The notes under the pieces: model-generated
Told to the model about the DNA's origin: nothing
The model's input: the letters and a program-made list of their open reading frames with translations, nothing else
Databases searched by the model: none
From: Camelus ferus
Taxonomy: Eukaryota
Assembly: GCF_009834535.1 (NCBI RefSeq)
Contig: NC_045729.1
Span: 7,998,001-8,062,000, forward strand
Length of the DNA stretch: 64,000 nucleotides
Reading direction: 5' to 3'
Part shown: in pieces, positions 52,023 to 64,000 of the stretch
How the letters are laid out: every line of letters begins with the position of its first letter
Numbering within the stretch: the stretch's first letter is position 1
Translations under genes and position numbers: made by a program

Positions 52023-53749
52023 CTTTTTTCTTTTTTTACATTTTTTTATTGAGTAATAGTTATTTTACAATGTTGTGTCAAATTCCAGTGTAGAGCACAA
52101 TTTTTCAGTCATACATGAACATGTATATATTCAATGTCACATTTTTTTTTCGCTATGAGCTACCACAAGATCTTGTATATATTTCCCTGTGCTATACAGT
52201 ATAATCTTGTTTATCTATTCTGGATTTTAAAATCCCAGTCTCTCCCTTTCCACCCCCAACCCCCTTGGAAACCACAAGTTTGTATTCTGTGTCTATGAGT
52301 CTGTTTCCGTTTTGTATTTATGTTTTGTTTGTTTGTTTGTTTTTTAGATTCCTCATATAAGCGATCTCATATGGTATTTTTCTTTCTCTTTCTGGCTTAC
52401 TTCACTTTGAATGACATTCTCCAGGAACATCCATGTTGCTGCAAATGGNNNNNNNNNNNNNNNNNNNNNNNNNNNNNNNNNNNNNNNNNNNNNNNNNNNN
52501 NNNNNNNNNNNNNNNNNNNNNNNNNNNNNNNNNNNNNNNNNNNNNNNNNNNNNNNNNNNNNNNNNNNNNNNNNNNNNNNNNNNNNNNNNNNNNNNNNNNN
52601 CATTTTGAAGTAAGATTACTTCTGGATATAAGCCCAGGAGTGGGATTCCTGGGTCATATGGTAAGTCTATTCCTAGTCTTTTGAGGAATCTCCATACTGT
52701 TTTCCACAGTGGCTTTCCTTGCTTCCCTCTCCCACTCTTAATGATTTAGATGTCTTCTTTTACAATTTGTGTTTATTCTTTTTGTAATTCATGGCAGTTA
52801 TCTCCTTTCCAGTTATGAGTTTCTCATTTTTGTAGCATCCTGCTTCTTTTCTATTTAGAGTAGGCCTGTCAATATTTCTTTTAGCATGGGTTTAGTGTTG
52901 CTAAACTCTTTTAGTTTTTGCTTGTCTGTGAAGTTCTTTATCTCTCCTTCTATCCTAAAGGATAGCCTTGCTGGATAGAGTATCCTAGGCTGCATCTTTT
53001 TTTTTTTATTCAGGACTTTGAATATATCTTGCCACTCCCTTCTGGCCTGTAGTGTTTGTGTAGAGAAATCAGCTGAGAGCCTTATGGGGGTTCCCTTGTA
53101 ACTCACTCTTTGCTTTTGTCTTTCTGCATTTATCCTTTATCCTTCATTTCTTTATCCTTGACTCTGGCCATCTTGATTATGATATGTCTTGGTGTGGGTC
53201 TATTTGGGTTCTTCCTGTTTGGGACCCTCTGAGCCTCCTCTACTTGGATATTTGATTCTTTCTTTAGGTTTGGGAAGTTTTCAGTCATTATTTCTTCAAA
53301 TACCTTTTCAATCCCCTTTGTTCTTTCTTCCCCTTCTGGAACCCCTATTATGCATAGATTGATCTTTTAATTGGGAGTGGTTCCTCTGCTTCTTCATATT
53401 GCTCATATCTCTCTGGCACTGTGACTTAAGGAGTATCAGTTATCTAGTTCTCCTGGAGACAGTGTGCTCTTAATAATTTTATGGAGAGGTCTTTGTGACT
53501 TTGCCCTGTTTCTCAAACTCAGCTTGCTGTTTCCAGAGGCCCTCTGTTGGCACCCTCATCTGTGCTGCTCCCAGTGGCTGTCAGCTAGCAGAGCGCGCCC
53601 CCTCCTAACACTGGGCCAGGAGCTGAGCGCTTACCCGGTGGGCGGGTGGGCAGGTCACTCCCCCTCCCGATGCCGCAGTCAGATGCTGCGCTTTGTGGGG
53701 AGGCAGGTGGGCAGATCGCGCCCCCTCCCAGCACCGTGGTCATGTCGCG
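52023..53749 (-). mobile_element. Lineage-specific L1 with 5'UTR, partial ORF1, inter-ORF spacer, ORF2 tail and 3'UTR; two internal deletions
   Basis: 20-nt TSD ttcttggcag(gaa/aag)agatttt at 52003-52022 and 53750-53769. ORF 52855..53106 (YKGTPIRLSADFS...) is the L1 ORF1 C-terminus. Confidence 0.88.
52449..52600. other. Assembly gap (152 N)
   Basis: Run of N inside an L1. Confidence 0.99.
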
Positions 53750-54619
53750 TTCTTGGCAGAAGAGATTTTTCAAAAGCAAAGGTTGTCCTACTTTATGTTC
53801 TATATTCATAGCACTCAGTGTTTATCAATGTCGAGGCATTAATAAAAAAGTGTGGTATAAAAGTAGCTTCTTCAGTGAGCTACCCACACTCTTTCAGGGT
53901 CTGGGCAAACCTAATACCCTATGATTTGCCAGCTGGTAGCTGAGATACCAAATGAGTTTTAGCAAGAACCTAACCAGGAATCTATTACTTAAGCCACAAT
54001 TGTATCTATTTATAAAGTAATAGCAGAAGACAGACTGTCTTTATATCAAATGTCATAATGCTTGAAAATAGCTTGATAAAAATGTTTGCACTCAAGCAAT
54101 TGTTTAAAAACATATTTTGCAGTTGTAACTTTAATGCAAGAGACGTTCTCCCAAAAAGGAAGAGTATAGGTTCACATAGAAGACATTGGCTGGCAACATG
54201 ACTTGCAGTTTACAGTATATAAAGAGAGTAGATAAATGTGCTGGGAAGGCCCTATGCTAAGACACTAACATTAATACAGGTTTACGTTCTCCAGAGAGAG
54301 ACAAAGAGCAGGAAGCAATGAAATTCCCATGGTAGTGTATTCAATTTTTAAAAAATCAACTTATAACAACAGGGATTTGTGAAACAAATTAGTTTGGGGT
54401 AGTCATTCACTTTACAAATGCAATCCTACACAGTGACGTAAGCAAGGTGGGAGACTAAGAAGCTCCAGGCACAGCTGAGAGGCTACATCACCCAGGCCAA
54501 TGGAGAGCCAAGAAAGGGATTCCAGGAAAATGGGTAGGAAGTGTTGTGAGTTTTGCAGCATCCGATCATGTCCCTCCCCCAGTGTGGCATAATACTAGTG
54601 CAGTACAACAGGGAAGAAA

Positions 54620-56310
54620 TCCCCCATAAGTTCTTCCTTGTCAGTAATTACTATAAATATAAATGACTTTAAATATAAAATAAATACATTTGAATATTTG
54701 TAGTGTAATATATTTAAAGGTAAATATAAATCAGAAGGCACAGATTGGCCAATGGATAAAAAACAGGATCCAATTACACAGTGTCTACAAGAGACTTTGG
54801 ATCTAAGGACACACATAGGCTGGAAGTAAAACGATGGAAAAAGATATTGCATACAAATGGAAGACAAGANNNNNNNNNNNNNNNNNNNNNNNNNNNNNNN
54901 NNNNNNNNNNNNNNNNNNNNNNNNNNNNNNNNNNNNNNNNNNNNNNNNNNNNNNNNNNNNNNNNNNNNNNNNNNNNNNNNNNNNNNNNNNNNNNNNNNNN
55001 NNNNNNNNNNNNNNNNNNNNNNNNNNNNNNNNNNNNNNNNNNACAGAATTAACAGAGGAAAAAGACAAACAACACAAGAATTTCAGGAGATATAAATGAC
55101 TCACTTTCAATAATGGGTAGGGCAACTACGCAGCAGGTCAATAAGAAAATAGAGGGCTTGAATATAGATCAATAGAACCTAACAGATATATACACAGAAG
55201 ATTGCCTCCAACAGCAGCAGAACATACATTCTTCTCAAGTGCACATGGGATACTCTCCAGGATAGACATGTGAGGCCACAAAACAAGTCTCAACAAGTCC
55301 AAGATTGAAATGATACAAGGTATTTTTTTCTGGTCACAATGGAATGAAACCCAATAGCAGGAGGAAAACAGCTAAACCCACAAATATGCGGAAATTAAAC
55401 AACTCACCCTTGAACAACAAGTAGGTCAAAAAAGAAGCCACAAGGGAAATGAGCAATACCTTGAGACAAATAAAAATGAAAACAAAATATACTGAAACAT
55501 GATATGCAGGAAAAGCAGTGCTAAAAAGAAAGTCTATAGCTATAAATAGATACATTAAAAAACAAGAAAGATCTAAAATCAGAACCTAATTTTATACTTT
55601 AAGAAACAAGAGAAAGGAGAGGAGAACATACTAAACCCAAAACTAGAAAATGAAAGGAAATAATAAAGATTAGAGCAGAGATAAATGAAATAGAGAATAG
55701 AAAAACATAGAAAAAAATCAGTGAAGCTAATCGAATGTTTTGTTTACAAAACTGACAAGCCCTCAGCTAGGTTAACCAAGAAAAATAGAGAAAAGACTAA
55801 ATAATTAAAGTCAAGAAGAAGGACGTTACAACTAATGCAACAAAAATAAAAAGGAACAACTAAAGAGAGATTTGCACACCCATTTTTATAGCAGCACTAT
55901 TGACCATAGCCAAGAGGTAGAAGTAATACAAACGTCCATTGACGGATGGATAGAGAAAATATGGTATAGACATACAATGTAATATTATTCAGTCTTAAAA
56001 AGGAAGTAAATCCTGTCACATGCTAAAACACGGATAAACACAGAACATGCTAAGTGAAATAAACCAATTACAAAAAGACAAACACTGTATGATTCGTCAA
56101 ATTCATAGAAACAGAAAGTATACCAGCACTGAGGGGAGAGGGAAAAAAGTTGTTGTTCAATGGTTATAAACTTCCAGTTTTGCAAGATTAAAAAAAGTTC
56201 TGGGGATCTGTTTCACAAAAACGTCAATATATATAATTAAACTGAACTGTATACTTAAAGATGGTTAAGATAATAAATTTTATGTTAAGTGTTTTTTACC
56301 ATAATAAAAG
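54620..56310 (+). mobile_element. Older L1 (L1MB-like): ORF2 endonuclease region joined to 3'UTR; contains an N gap
   Basis: DTHRLEVKRWKKILHTNG is L1 EN-like. tttgcacacccatttttatagcagcactatt and the gatggttaagataataaattttatg 3' end. Confidence 0.75.
54870..55042. other. Assembly gap (173 N)
   Basis: Run of N inside an L1. Confidence 0.99.
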
Positions 56311-56409
56311 ACAAAGACATAAAATTAACTTATTTTCCATAGCGTTGAAATATGAAATTAAATTTCATAGCCCTGAAAATACTCCCTTACACTTCAAGTA
56401 ACTTACAGG

Positions 56410-56852
56410 ATGTTGACGGTTGCTGTGGATGCCCTGCCCAGATCCCTGCGAGGGGCACCAATCCCCCATCTACTGTGAGATGTCTGCTAAGAGCTCACCA
56501 TTAAGCCTTTCTCCCAGAATTGCCAGACAGGAGCTGCCTCGTAGGGAAGTGCCCAGAAATGAATAACCTCCGTCCTTAGGGGTAGCATGTGGCCAATTAT
56601 TGAGTAATTCAGGGGTGCAAGAGGCCACCCCCCTTAACTAAATTTGGGACAATACTGTGGCACATATTTAACTCTAGAGTTCTCCAAGGGCAAGGTGAAG
56701 CCAGACTAGCTTTAGCCCAACTTTGCTTAGCTTTCTCCTTTATTCTACCTCACTTCCCTCAGTTTTCCTCAGGTTCTTCTTCTGAGAGCACTTCCTCAAA
56801 TAAACAAGTCATACACATCTTTTTTGAAATAAGCCTATTATGCACCTAAGAC
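56410..56852 (+). mobile_element. ERVL solo LTR, LTR16-like
   Basis: gctgtggatgccctgcccagatccc ... gagagcacttcctcaaataaac ... cctaagac resembles recalled LTR16 consensus. Confidence 0.65.
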
Positions 56853-57149
56853 TAACTATATTTTAAAATACATTTTTCCAGATTGTTTTATAAAATAAAC
56901 CAGACAAACACATATGCAGAAGAACAACTAAAGTTTTTTGTTTCTGGTAATCACTAAGTAGACAATCCAGAACTACCCTCTTGCTGAGCACGCTAGAAAA
57001 TTTGGCAAAGTATTTTTTTTTTTTAATTCTGCTTGAAAGCATTAGACAGCTAGTAAGGTAGTAAAGAATGATGAGACAAAATCCATAGAAAGACAGCAGC
57101 TTAAGAAGGTGAGCTGGAATTTAGTGCCACTTTTCTCCTGGAGGAATTT

Positions 57150-57640
57150 GCAAATTCTATGCAGGTGAGAGAAAATGAATAAACCAGTGGAAACAACAGA
57201 CAGTAGAAATAGACCCACAAAAGCTCCAGATACTGGCGTTAACAGAGCAGAACTTTAAAACAACAATACTCATTAGGTTCAAGGAAATGATGAGGTTAAA
57301 AATAGTAGCAGTGAATTGGAAATTCATATACACATATACATGTATGTAACAGACTAGAACTCAAGGAGTAGAGCAGTAAGTGAGAAAGAGTGTAGAGATA
57401 TTTACTGAACTGAAAGAGACAAAAATCCATAATGAAGCATGAAGAGACAAATGGGTGGAAAATCTAAAAGAGAAACTGAAAGACATAGAGGATAGTGAGA
57501 GTTTAACAAGTAACAATACTTGTGTTTGGAGGTTCAGAGACAGAGAAAAAAAAGAAAATGGTCAAAAGCAGTATTTGAAGAGATAATGGCTGATAACATT
57601 TGGAAAACTGATAAAACCACAGATTCTAGAATCCCTTATG
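57150..57640 (+). mobile_element. Old L1M ORF1-like fragment
   Basis: gaaatagacccacaaaagctccagatactgg and agcagtatttgaagagataatggctgataac. Confidence 0.55.
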
Positions 57641-60600
57641 TATTTATCCAGAGAAGTAATTAACCAACTTTCTAAGGACAAATTTGTGACATGTAAACAT
57701 ATTGTTTGAAATATTATCTGAAGAACTGTAATATCATTTCACGGATTGTTGTAAGATCAAATGTGGTGACATGTTTGGATGCCATAGAGAAATTAACTGT
57801 TATCTCAGCCATTTTACTTCAATGACAATTCCTAATAAATTCTTTTATTTTCAAGATCTAAAAAGCCTGTAAAAGTCTTTATTTTATACAACAGTCTTGA
57901 AAATGTTAGGTTAAAAAAGCCATATGATTTGTTAATTATTCTTCATCTTAGCCTTTATAATTTTTGACTGTAATATTTATCAATCATAAGAAGTTGCTGG
58001 AATGATTTGGAATTACTAGAGCCAAGTGGGGTTTTTCTGGCACCAAGGAAGGAATGTGGAAGAAAACCAGCAAACTAAACCAACAACTGAAATTCAATAG
58101 TCCTTAAACGACTGTGGTATGGAATCAATATTTTCTTATAAGCATGTGAAGATGGAGACCATAAAAATTCCAGGATTTATATGATGCCCAAATAAGTCTT
58201 TTTTAAAAATCTATATCTGATTTTTAAAAACCACTGTTAGATAATTACTGAACATTTATAATGCCAGGAAGTTTGGAAAGCAGAAAACTTGAAACCAGCT
58301 CATAAACATTTTAATGACCTAATAAGAGTTATTTTCACCTACAGATATTGATCAAACTCCAGAAGAAGACAGCTCATTCGGCCAAGTTTACTATCCTCAC
58401 AATGACCTATCTTGGCTGTTTATCTTTTTTGCCCTCTGTTGAAGTTCAAATCAGACTTTCATGTTAAAATAGGAGGATAATTTACTAAGTGAATTAAAGG
58501 AACTGGCTCCCAGAGCCAAGTGAGCCTCACAAACATTTTATTTTTTTTTAATGGCATGATTACTTCCAAAATTATAAATATATGTACTTTAATAAGAAAT
58601 TCTTTAACCAATAGGACATAGTCTACCCATAGGTCTACTGTCATAGCTGCTTCCATTCAATACAGTTGGATATACTTTCCTTCTCACATCAGATTTCATG
58701 ATAGTGTTTTCAGTCAGGGCCAAATGTTCAAAAACGAAGTAAAATAACCTAGAAAGTACACAACTATAACTAGGGGAAATGAATAAGCTTTAATTGGAGT
58801 CAAATACATTTTGAATTAATTTGTTTACTAAATATGTATTTGGTGATCAACCACAGAGAGACAAGGACCAGAGGTAAAAAGATGAAAAGTTACAGAGTTA
58901 ACTTGAAGGAGGTCCTACTCTAGAGGTAGGCATCCATGAATCCACAATTCCAGAACTGTTCAACAATTAAGAAGCACGGTGTTTGCATAAGATATTCTGG
59001 AACCATAGAGAGAGCTATTTCTAAGTATTCTTGGGAAATGCAAAGAGGCTTCAGAGAGGTTTGCCAAAAAGTTGAGAGCAAGGAAAGGATCAAAAGAAAA
59101 GGGGAGACAGCATTCTAGTCTATCCGACTAGCTTATGCAAGTGAATTACAACATGAAAACACACAGTGGGTCCTAAAAATTACAGTATTCAATGTTGCTG
59201 AAGCATGAAAAATACAAAGGAGAAGTAGAAAATGAAATATTTAGGTAGACAGAGACTAGATAGCGAAAGAGTAAAGTCTTCAACCAATGGGCCAGTAGTT
59301 TACAAAAGAAACCTGTGGACACCCAAACACCTTTTCAGGGTCCAAGGGGCCTCTTTGAGTAAAGTGATGTCATTTTATGCATTACACATATTGGGGATTC
59401 AGGCAGAATCTTAATTGAACTGAAAGTAATGGGAGCTACCAATGAACTTTATCTAGGTTTTCTCAAGACTTGAATGAATCAGGATCCATTTCACAAAATT
59501 ATCAGTATCAAACTGTTTTAATCTATTCCTGTTTTGAAAACTACATCATCAATTTAAAAAAGACAAGAAAAAATGGCAAGAAACAGAGGCAGAGACCCAG
59601 AAGATAACTGAGGGCACCAGCCGAATTCTAATGACCTGTTCTCTGCTGTGTTGGATCATCTTTAAGTGGTTGGCCACATACTTTACAGGGCATGTGTAGT
59701 CCTGTTCCTCTGAACGTTGTCATGTTGTGTTTGATAGTCACAGATAAAAATAATAGCTGTGTTTAATGAATGATATCTTTATATCTCATAGTTCTTAAAT
59801 ACACTTCAACATATAGGAAGAATAAAGAAGTTAACAGCAGCAGAGCTTCCTACCTTTGAAAATAAGAATCAATAATTCTGAATGCCAAAGATGGCATAAG
59901 ATTGATTGGCGTGACCTTCAATGAAATGGAATTCTTGTTTAAACAGCCAGCAACTCCATTATTTGAGGGGTAGCCCAGGCATCAATTGTCAAAAAGAATC
60001 AATACAGAGAGGTACCAATTGACTATCCCCAGATTACGATACCGTAAAGACATTTTTTGTTAAAATGTGGTTGTTATGAAATTGACTCTTGAAATCCTTC
60101 AAACCAATGGAAGTATTTCTAAAATGTTCTTTGTTATAAAACATGGCTCCCAGAATGGCTCACACTTGGTTATTTTGAAAGCTGTAATTTTTTTTAAATC
60201 TGCATATTAACCTCAAAACTCATTCTGCTATTATTGATGAAAATATGGAAACAAGAACAGCACCACAGTGAAGATTGTCTAGACAAGAATGTTAGAGGTT
60301 ATGAGTGAAATAATTTATTATTTGCTGAGAGCCAACGGTATGCTTAGCATTAGCAAGGCATCCAAAGAACAGGATCCCAGCCATTAGACTCACAATTTAA
60401 GCCAGACACACAAACAACCAAATCATAAATCACAACAGCTTAAAAAAGAATAAACAGTGTGAATTTTGGTGTTAATTTACTTTCCTGGCAATAAAAAATT
60501 AAGAGGTATCAGAAATAATCATCATAAAGATTGTCAATGCATGTTATTAAGCCAGTCCCATAATTAGCTACCTGACTGAATTTTAAAAGCAGATTTTTGA

Positions 60601-61486
60601 CATTTAGCAAACATGGGAATGCATATTTTTAGCAGCAGAATTTATAAAACATTTTATTGCATGATGTTGTGAAAAGCAAATTATGACTTAAGTCCTTAAC
60701 TTCTTCTTATGTGTACATTTACTACTTTCTACTTTCCTTTCTTTCTTGCCTGCGTGATCACCGATCTTATTTGATGAATAAGAGTATGCTAGTAAGATTC
60801 ATTTTTCCTGTTTCTTTTCCCTCTTAAGGTAAATTTTTATATGCAATCATATGGATATAAATGTGACTCCGGCTCAAGACATCAGAAAACCAAGAATATC
60901 GAGTATTTTTCCTGTTGTCCCCTTTCCAAAAGTGACTTGATAATCAGCTTGGGGACTAGAGACCTAAACTATGGTACAATTCACAGATTTTCTGTCTTTA
61001 CCCTGCTGTAGAAATTAGGTGGTATTTGGGTTTTGACTAACGTAGAATATCTGGGGACCTTTGTTTCCTCACCTGTAAAATGGGGTTAATGCACCAAAAA
61101 ACCAGAAGACCTTAGTTATGCTCAGTAAGAGTATTATAATTATTTAATACCATATTTATTTAAATAATGATCCAGTTTCTACATTGTCCAAGTTTATCAT
61201 GCTTAAAAAATGTAATAAAAAATAGAGCTAACTGCTGATATATTTGAGAATTATCTATAAGGAAACCCCACAGAAAGGAGAGTATTTGTTTTGTTTATGT
61301 TTTTGGAGAAATAAAGCATGAGACTTAGGGGGAACACCACAATAAGCAACTCTAATTTAGGAGCCAATTAATCAGAAGGGTCTAAACGCTGAGCAAGAGT
61401 GGAAGAGATTTTGTGAATCTTGAAGTTTATACAACTTGAGAGCCCTTTTCAGGTCATATATATTTAACACAAAATTAAGCACTGTG

Positions 61487-61600
61487 GTGGGGAGGGTATA
61501 GCTCAGCAGTAGAGCACGTATCTAGCATGCCCCAGGTCCTGGGTTCAATCCCCAGCTCCTCCATTAAAAATAAATCAATAAGTAAACCTAAGAAAAAATT
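61487..61600 (+). mobile_element. tRNA-Ala-derived SINE, left monomer of a composite
   Basis: ggggagggtatagctcagcagtagagc...gggttcaatcccc head plus tail. Confidence 0.88.
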
Positions 61601-61658
61601 TAAAACAAATTATGCAACATTTCTTTTGTTAATACTTAATGTATGGAGTGAGTTTATA

Positions 61659-61783
61659 GTGGGAGATGATATAGGTCCACGGTAGAGCACGTGCTTAACA
61701 TGCACCAGGTCCTGGGTTCAATCCCCAGCACCTCCATTAAAATTAATTAATTAATTAACCTACATACCTACACCCCGCCCCCA
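61659..61783 (+). mobile_element. tRNA-Ala-derived SINE, right monomer of a composite
   Basis: ggtagagcacgtgcttaacatgcaccaggtcctgggttcaatccccagcacctcca plus tail with C-run. Confidence 0.88.
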
Positions 61784-62529
61784 AAAATTAAGTACTGTGA
61801 TTTTGATGCGATCTATGTACACGAGGATCACAGAAACTTACATTTCATTAGCTTCCTAGCAGATCTGCCCCGGAGGGTGAGAGGAGATCCCTACAATAGC
61901 AGAGGGCAGAAATGAGAACTAAGGATTGAGGTTAAGGCTTTAAAAGTGACTTGTAGAAACCAATTAACATGAAATCTTATTTACCTATGTAAGTGCAGGA
62001 ACCGAGAAGGCCCATATGTATGTCCAGAGAGTGTACCATGGATACACACACGGTTAGAATAAGGTCTTGTTACTCTCACAAGTTTAACATAACATAAGCT
62101 CAGGTGCTACTTACCTGGTCCCACCCATCAAAGGACCCAGTGTCAGAACTAGGGTAAAACACACCTTCTGTATTTCACAAGGAAGAGAAAGCAACTCAGA
62201 GGAGAATCCAACAGCTAACAGCATGTGCGTTACAATCGTGCACTAAATCTCTTCTACTTACATTTCCTGAGTTACAGCTCATTTTCATCAGCTCACATAA
62301 ACACTCAAGGCTGTAAAAGTTAGCAGTGTGAACAGTGCCAGGCTAAAAGTAGACTGGAAAGAATTTGCTTATATACAACTATAATAATTTGACAAACTGT
62401 ACCGAGCTATGTCTTAAGCTAGGATTTATTCCTGCGTCCCACCATAATCCTTTCCTGTAGCTGTCCTGGAGACACCCATTCTTGTGCTTCCCCAGGACAG
62501 ATCTCAGCAACTCAAACTCTTAAGTCTCT

Positions 62530-62730
62530 AATTTATTGAGCACTCACTGTGTGCCAGGCCCTGGGAAGGGTGCCACATATAGTGCTTCATTTAAAATTAC
62601 CAATACCCTGGGGAAGAAGGTAATAATACTATCCCTATGTTACAGTTATGAAAATGTAAGCTCAGGGGAGGAAAGTAACTTGTTCAAGGTCACACAGCTT
62701 ATTGGTGCCTATCCCAGGATTAAATCATAG
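62530..62730 (-). mobile_element. MIR
   Basis: atttattgagcactcactgtgtgccaggc...gtaacttgttcaaggtcacacagct. Confidence 0.65.
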
Positions 62731-62889
62731 AGCGGGAGGATGCTAGAGCTTGAGATTTTAACTCTGTTCTCCACATCCCCAAGTGTTAATCCTGATAGGA
62801 GAGCAGGATCAGGCAGGAGGAAGGTAGCATCCTCCTGACAGTGATAAACAACTTCCCAAGGTACCTCCCTGGGGCAGACATTGTTTGTT

Positions 62890-63585
62890 TTTTTTAATTG
62901 AAATATCATTGATTTACAATGTTGTGCTAGTTTCAGGTGTACAGCAAAGTGATTCAATTATACATATACATATATATATTCTTTTTCAGATTCTTTTCCA
63001 TTATAGGTTATTACAAGAAATTGAATATAGTTCCCTGTGCTATACAGCAGGACCTTGTTGTTTATCTATCTTATACTAATGTGTATGTGTTAATCCCAAA
63101 CTCCTGGTTTATCCCCACCCACCCCACTCCTTTCCCATTTGGTAACCATGGTCTGTTTTCTATATCTGTGAGTCTATTCCTGGTTTGTAAATAACTTCAT
63201 TTGTATCATTTTTTTTAGAGTCCATATATAAATGATACCATGTGGTATTTGTCTTTCTCTGTCTGACTTACTTCACNNNNNNNNNNNNNNNNNNNNNNNN
63301 NNNNNNNNNNNNNNNNNNNNNNNNNNNNNNNNNNNNNNNNNNNNNNNNNNNNNNNNNNNNNNNNNNNNNNNNNNNNNNNNNNNNNNNNNNNNNNNNNNNN
63401 NNNNNNNNNNNNNNNNNNNNNNNNNNNNNNNNNNNNNNNNNNNNNNNNNNNNNNNNNNNNNNNNNNNNNNNNNTGGAGTTAGAGTTTCCTCTGGATATAT
63501 GCCCAGGAGTGGGATTTCTGGACCATATGGTAGGTCTATTTTTAGTTTTTTAAGGAACCTCCATATTGTTTTCCATAGTGGCTGC
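62890..63585 (-). mobile_element. 5'-truncated L1 (ORF2 tail plus 3'UTR); contains an N gap
   Basis: Poly-T plus aattgaaatatcattgatttacaatgttgtg. TSD cagac(a/c)ttgtt(t/a)gtt at 62875-62889 and 63586-63600. Confidence 0.88.
63277..63473. other. Assembly gap (197 N)
   Basis: Run of N inside an L1. Confidence 0.99.
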
Positions 63586-64000
63586 CAGACCTTGTTAGTT
63601 GTCTCTTTTTCCCCTTGGTAATGGAAGGCTGATTTTGTTTGGGGTGGGAATGCACCTAGCGAAATACTTTTTCATCTGTCCTTGCAGCTCCAGCTGGACA
63701 CATGACATATGGCCAGTAATATGTAAATTAAATTCTGCTAGGCTGTTCTGGGAAAGGTTGTGTGTCTCCAACCTTTCCCAGAAGGAAACAAAGGACAAGC
63801 TTTACCAGAATCTTCCCTCCTCCTCTCTTCCTGCCCCAAATGTGGACAAGAGGCTGGTAGAGCATGCAGTTGCCATCTCAAAATGATAAGGGAAAATATA
63901 AAACAAAACAAAACCCAAAAACCCATGGAGATCTTAGCAATGCAACTGGACGATTGAACCCACATCAGACTCCTCATCCCAGACAAGGAGAAGGAGAAAG

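Larger units (their letters stand above)
61405..61872. mobile_element. Short hAT-Tip100 (Zaphod-family-like) DNA transposon remnant split by the SINE composite
   Basis: ttttgtgaatcttgaagtttatacaact...cacaaaatta on the left and aaacttacatttcattagcttcctagcagatctgccc on the right resemble the recalled family termini. Confidence 0.5.

Noticed and set aside
52320-63621. ORFs containing X runs
   Set aside because: Artefacts of N gaps inside L1 elements.

Overview
Mammalian genomic DNA, most likely a camelid. That call is inferred from nine copies of a tRNA-Ala(AGC)-derived SINE resembling the camelid Vic-1 type. It is a draft assembly with three N gaps, all inside L1 elements. The window holds the K-ATP channel gene pair on the + strand. 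First is the 3' end of ABCC9 (SUR2): eight constitutive coding exons from the end of TMD2 through NBD2, then the alternative SUR2A (11715-11890, 176 nt) and SUR2B (from 15420) C-terminal exons. Second is the complete KCNJ8 (Kir6.1) gene: CpG-island promoter, non-coding exon 1, and CDS 32746-33119 + 37324-38224 (424 aa). The rest is intronic or intergenic sequence rich in SINE, L1, L2, MIR, LTR and hAT remnants, and I see no other gene. The most interesting observations are five. (1) The KCNJ8 5' leader has two uORFs: uORF1 has a stop codon assembled across the exon1/exon2 junction that survives a NAGNAG shift, uORF2 has a strong Kozak context and overlaps the main ORF out of frame, and an alternative donor would rewire both. 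(2) The SUR2A stop lies 38 nt before its exon junction, which predicts NMD escape, and a candidate PTB/RBFOX/QKI splicing code and a decoy acceptor flank the exon. (3) A SINE-spacer-SINE composite sits inside one 16-nt TSD. (4) A doubly internally deleted L1 sits inside a 20-nt TSD. (5) A sense SINE with five AATAAA hexamers lies in KCNJ8 intron 2. Repeat family names and human comparisons are from memory and were not searched. Regulatory claims are hypotheses.
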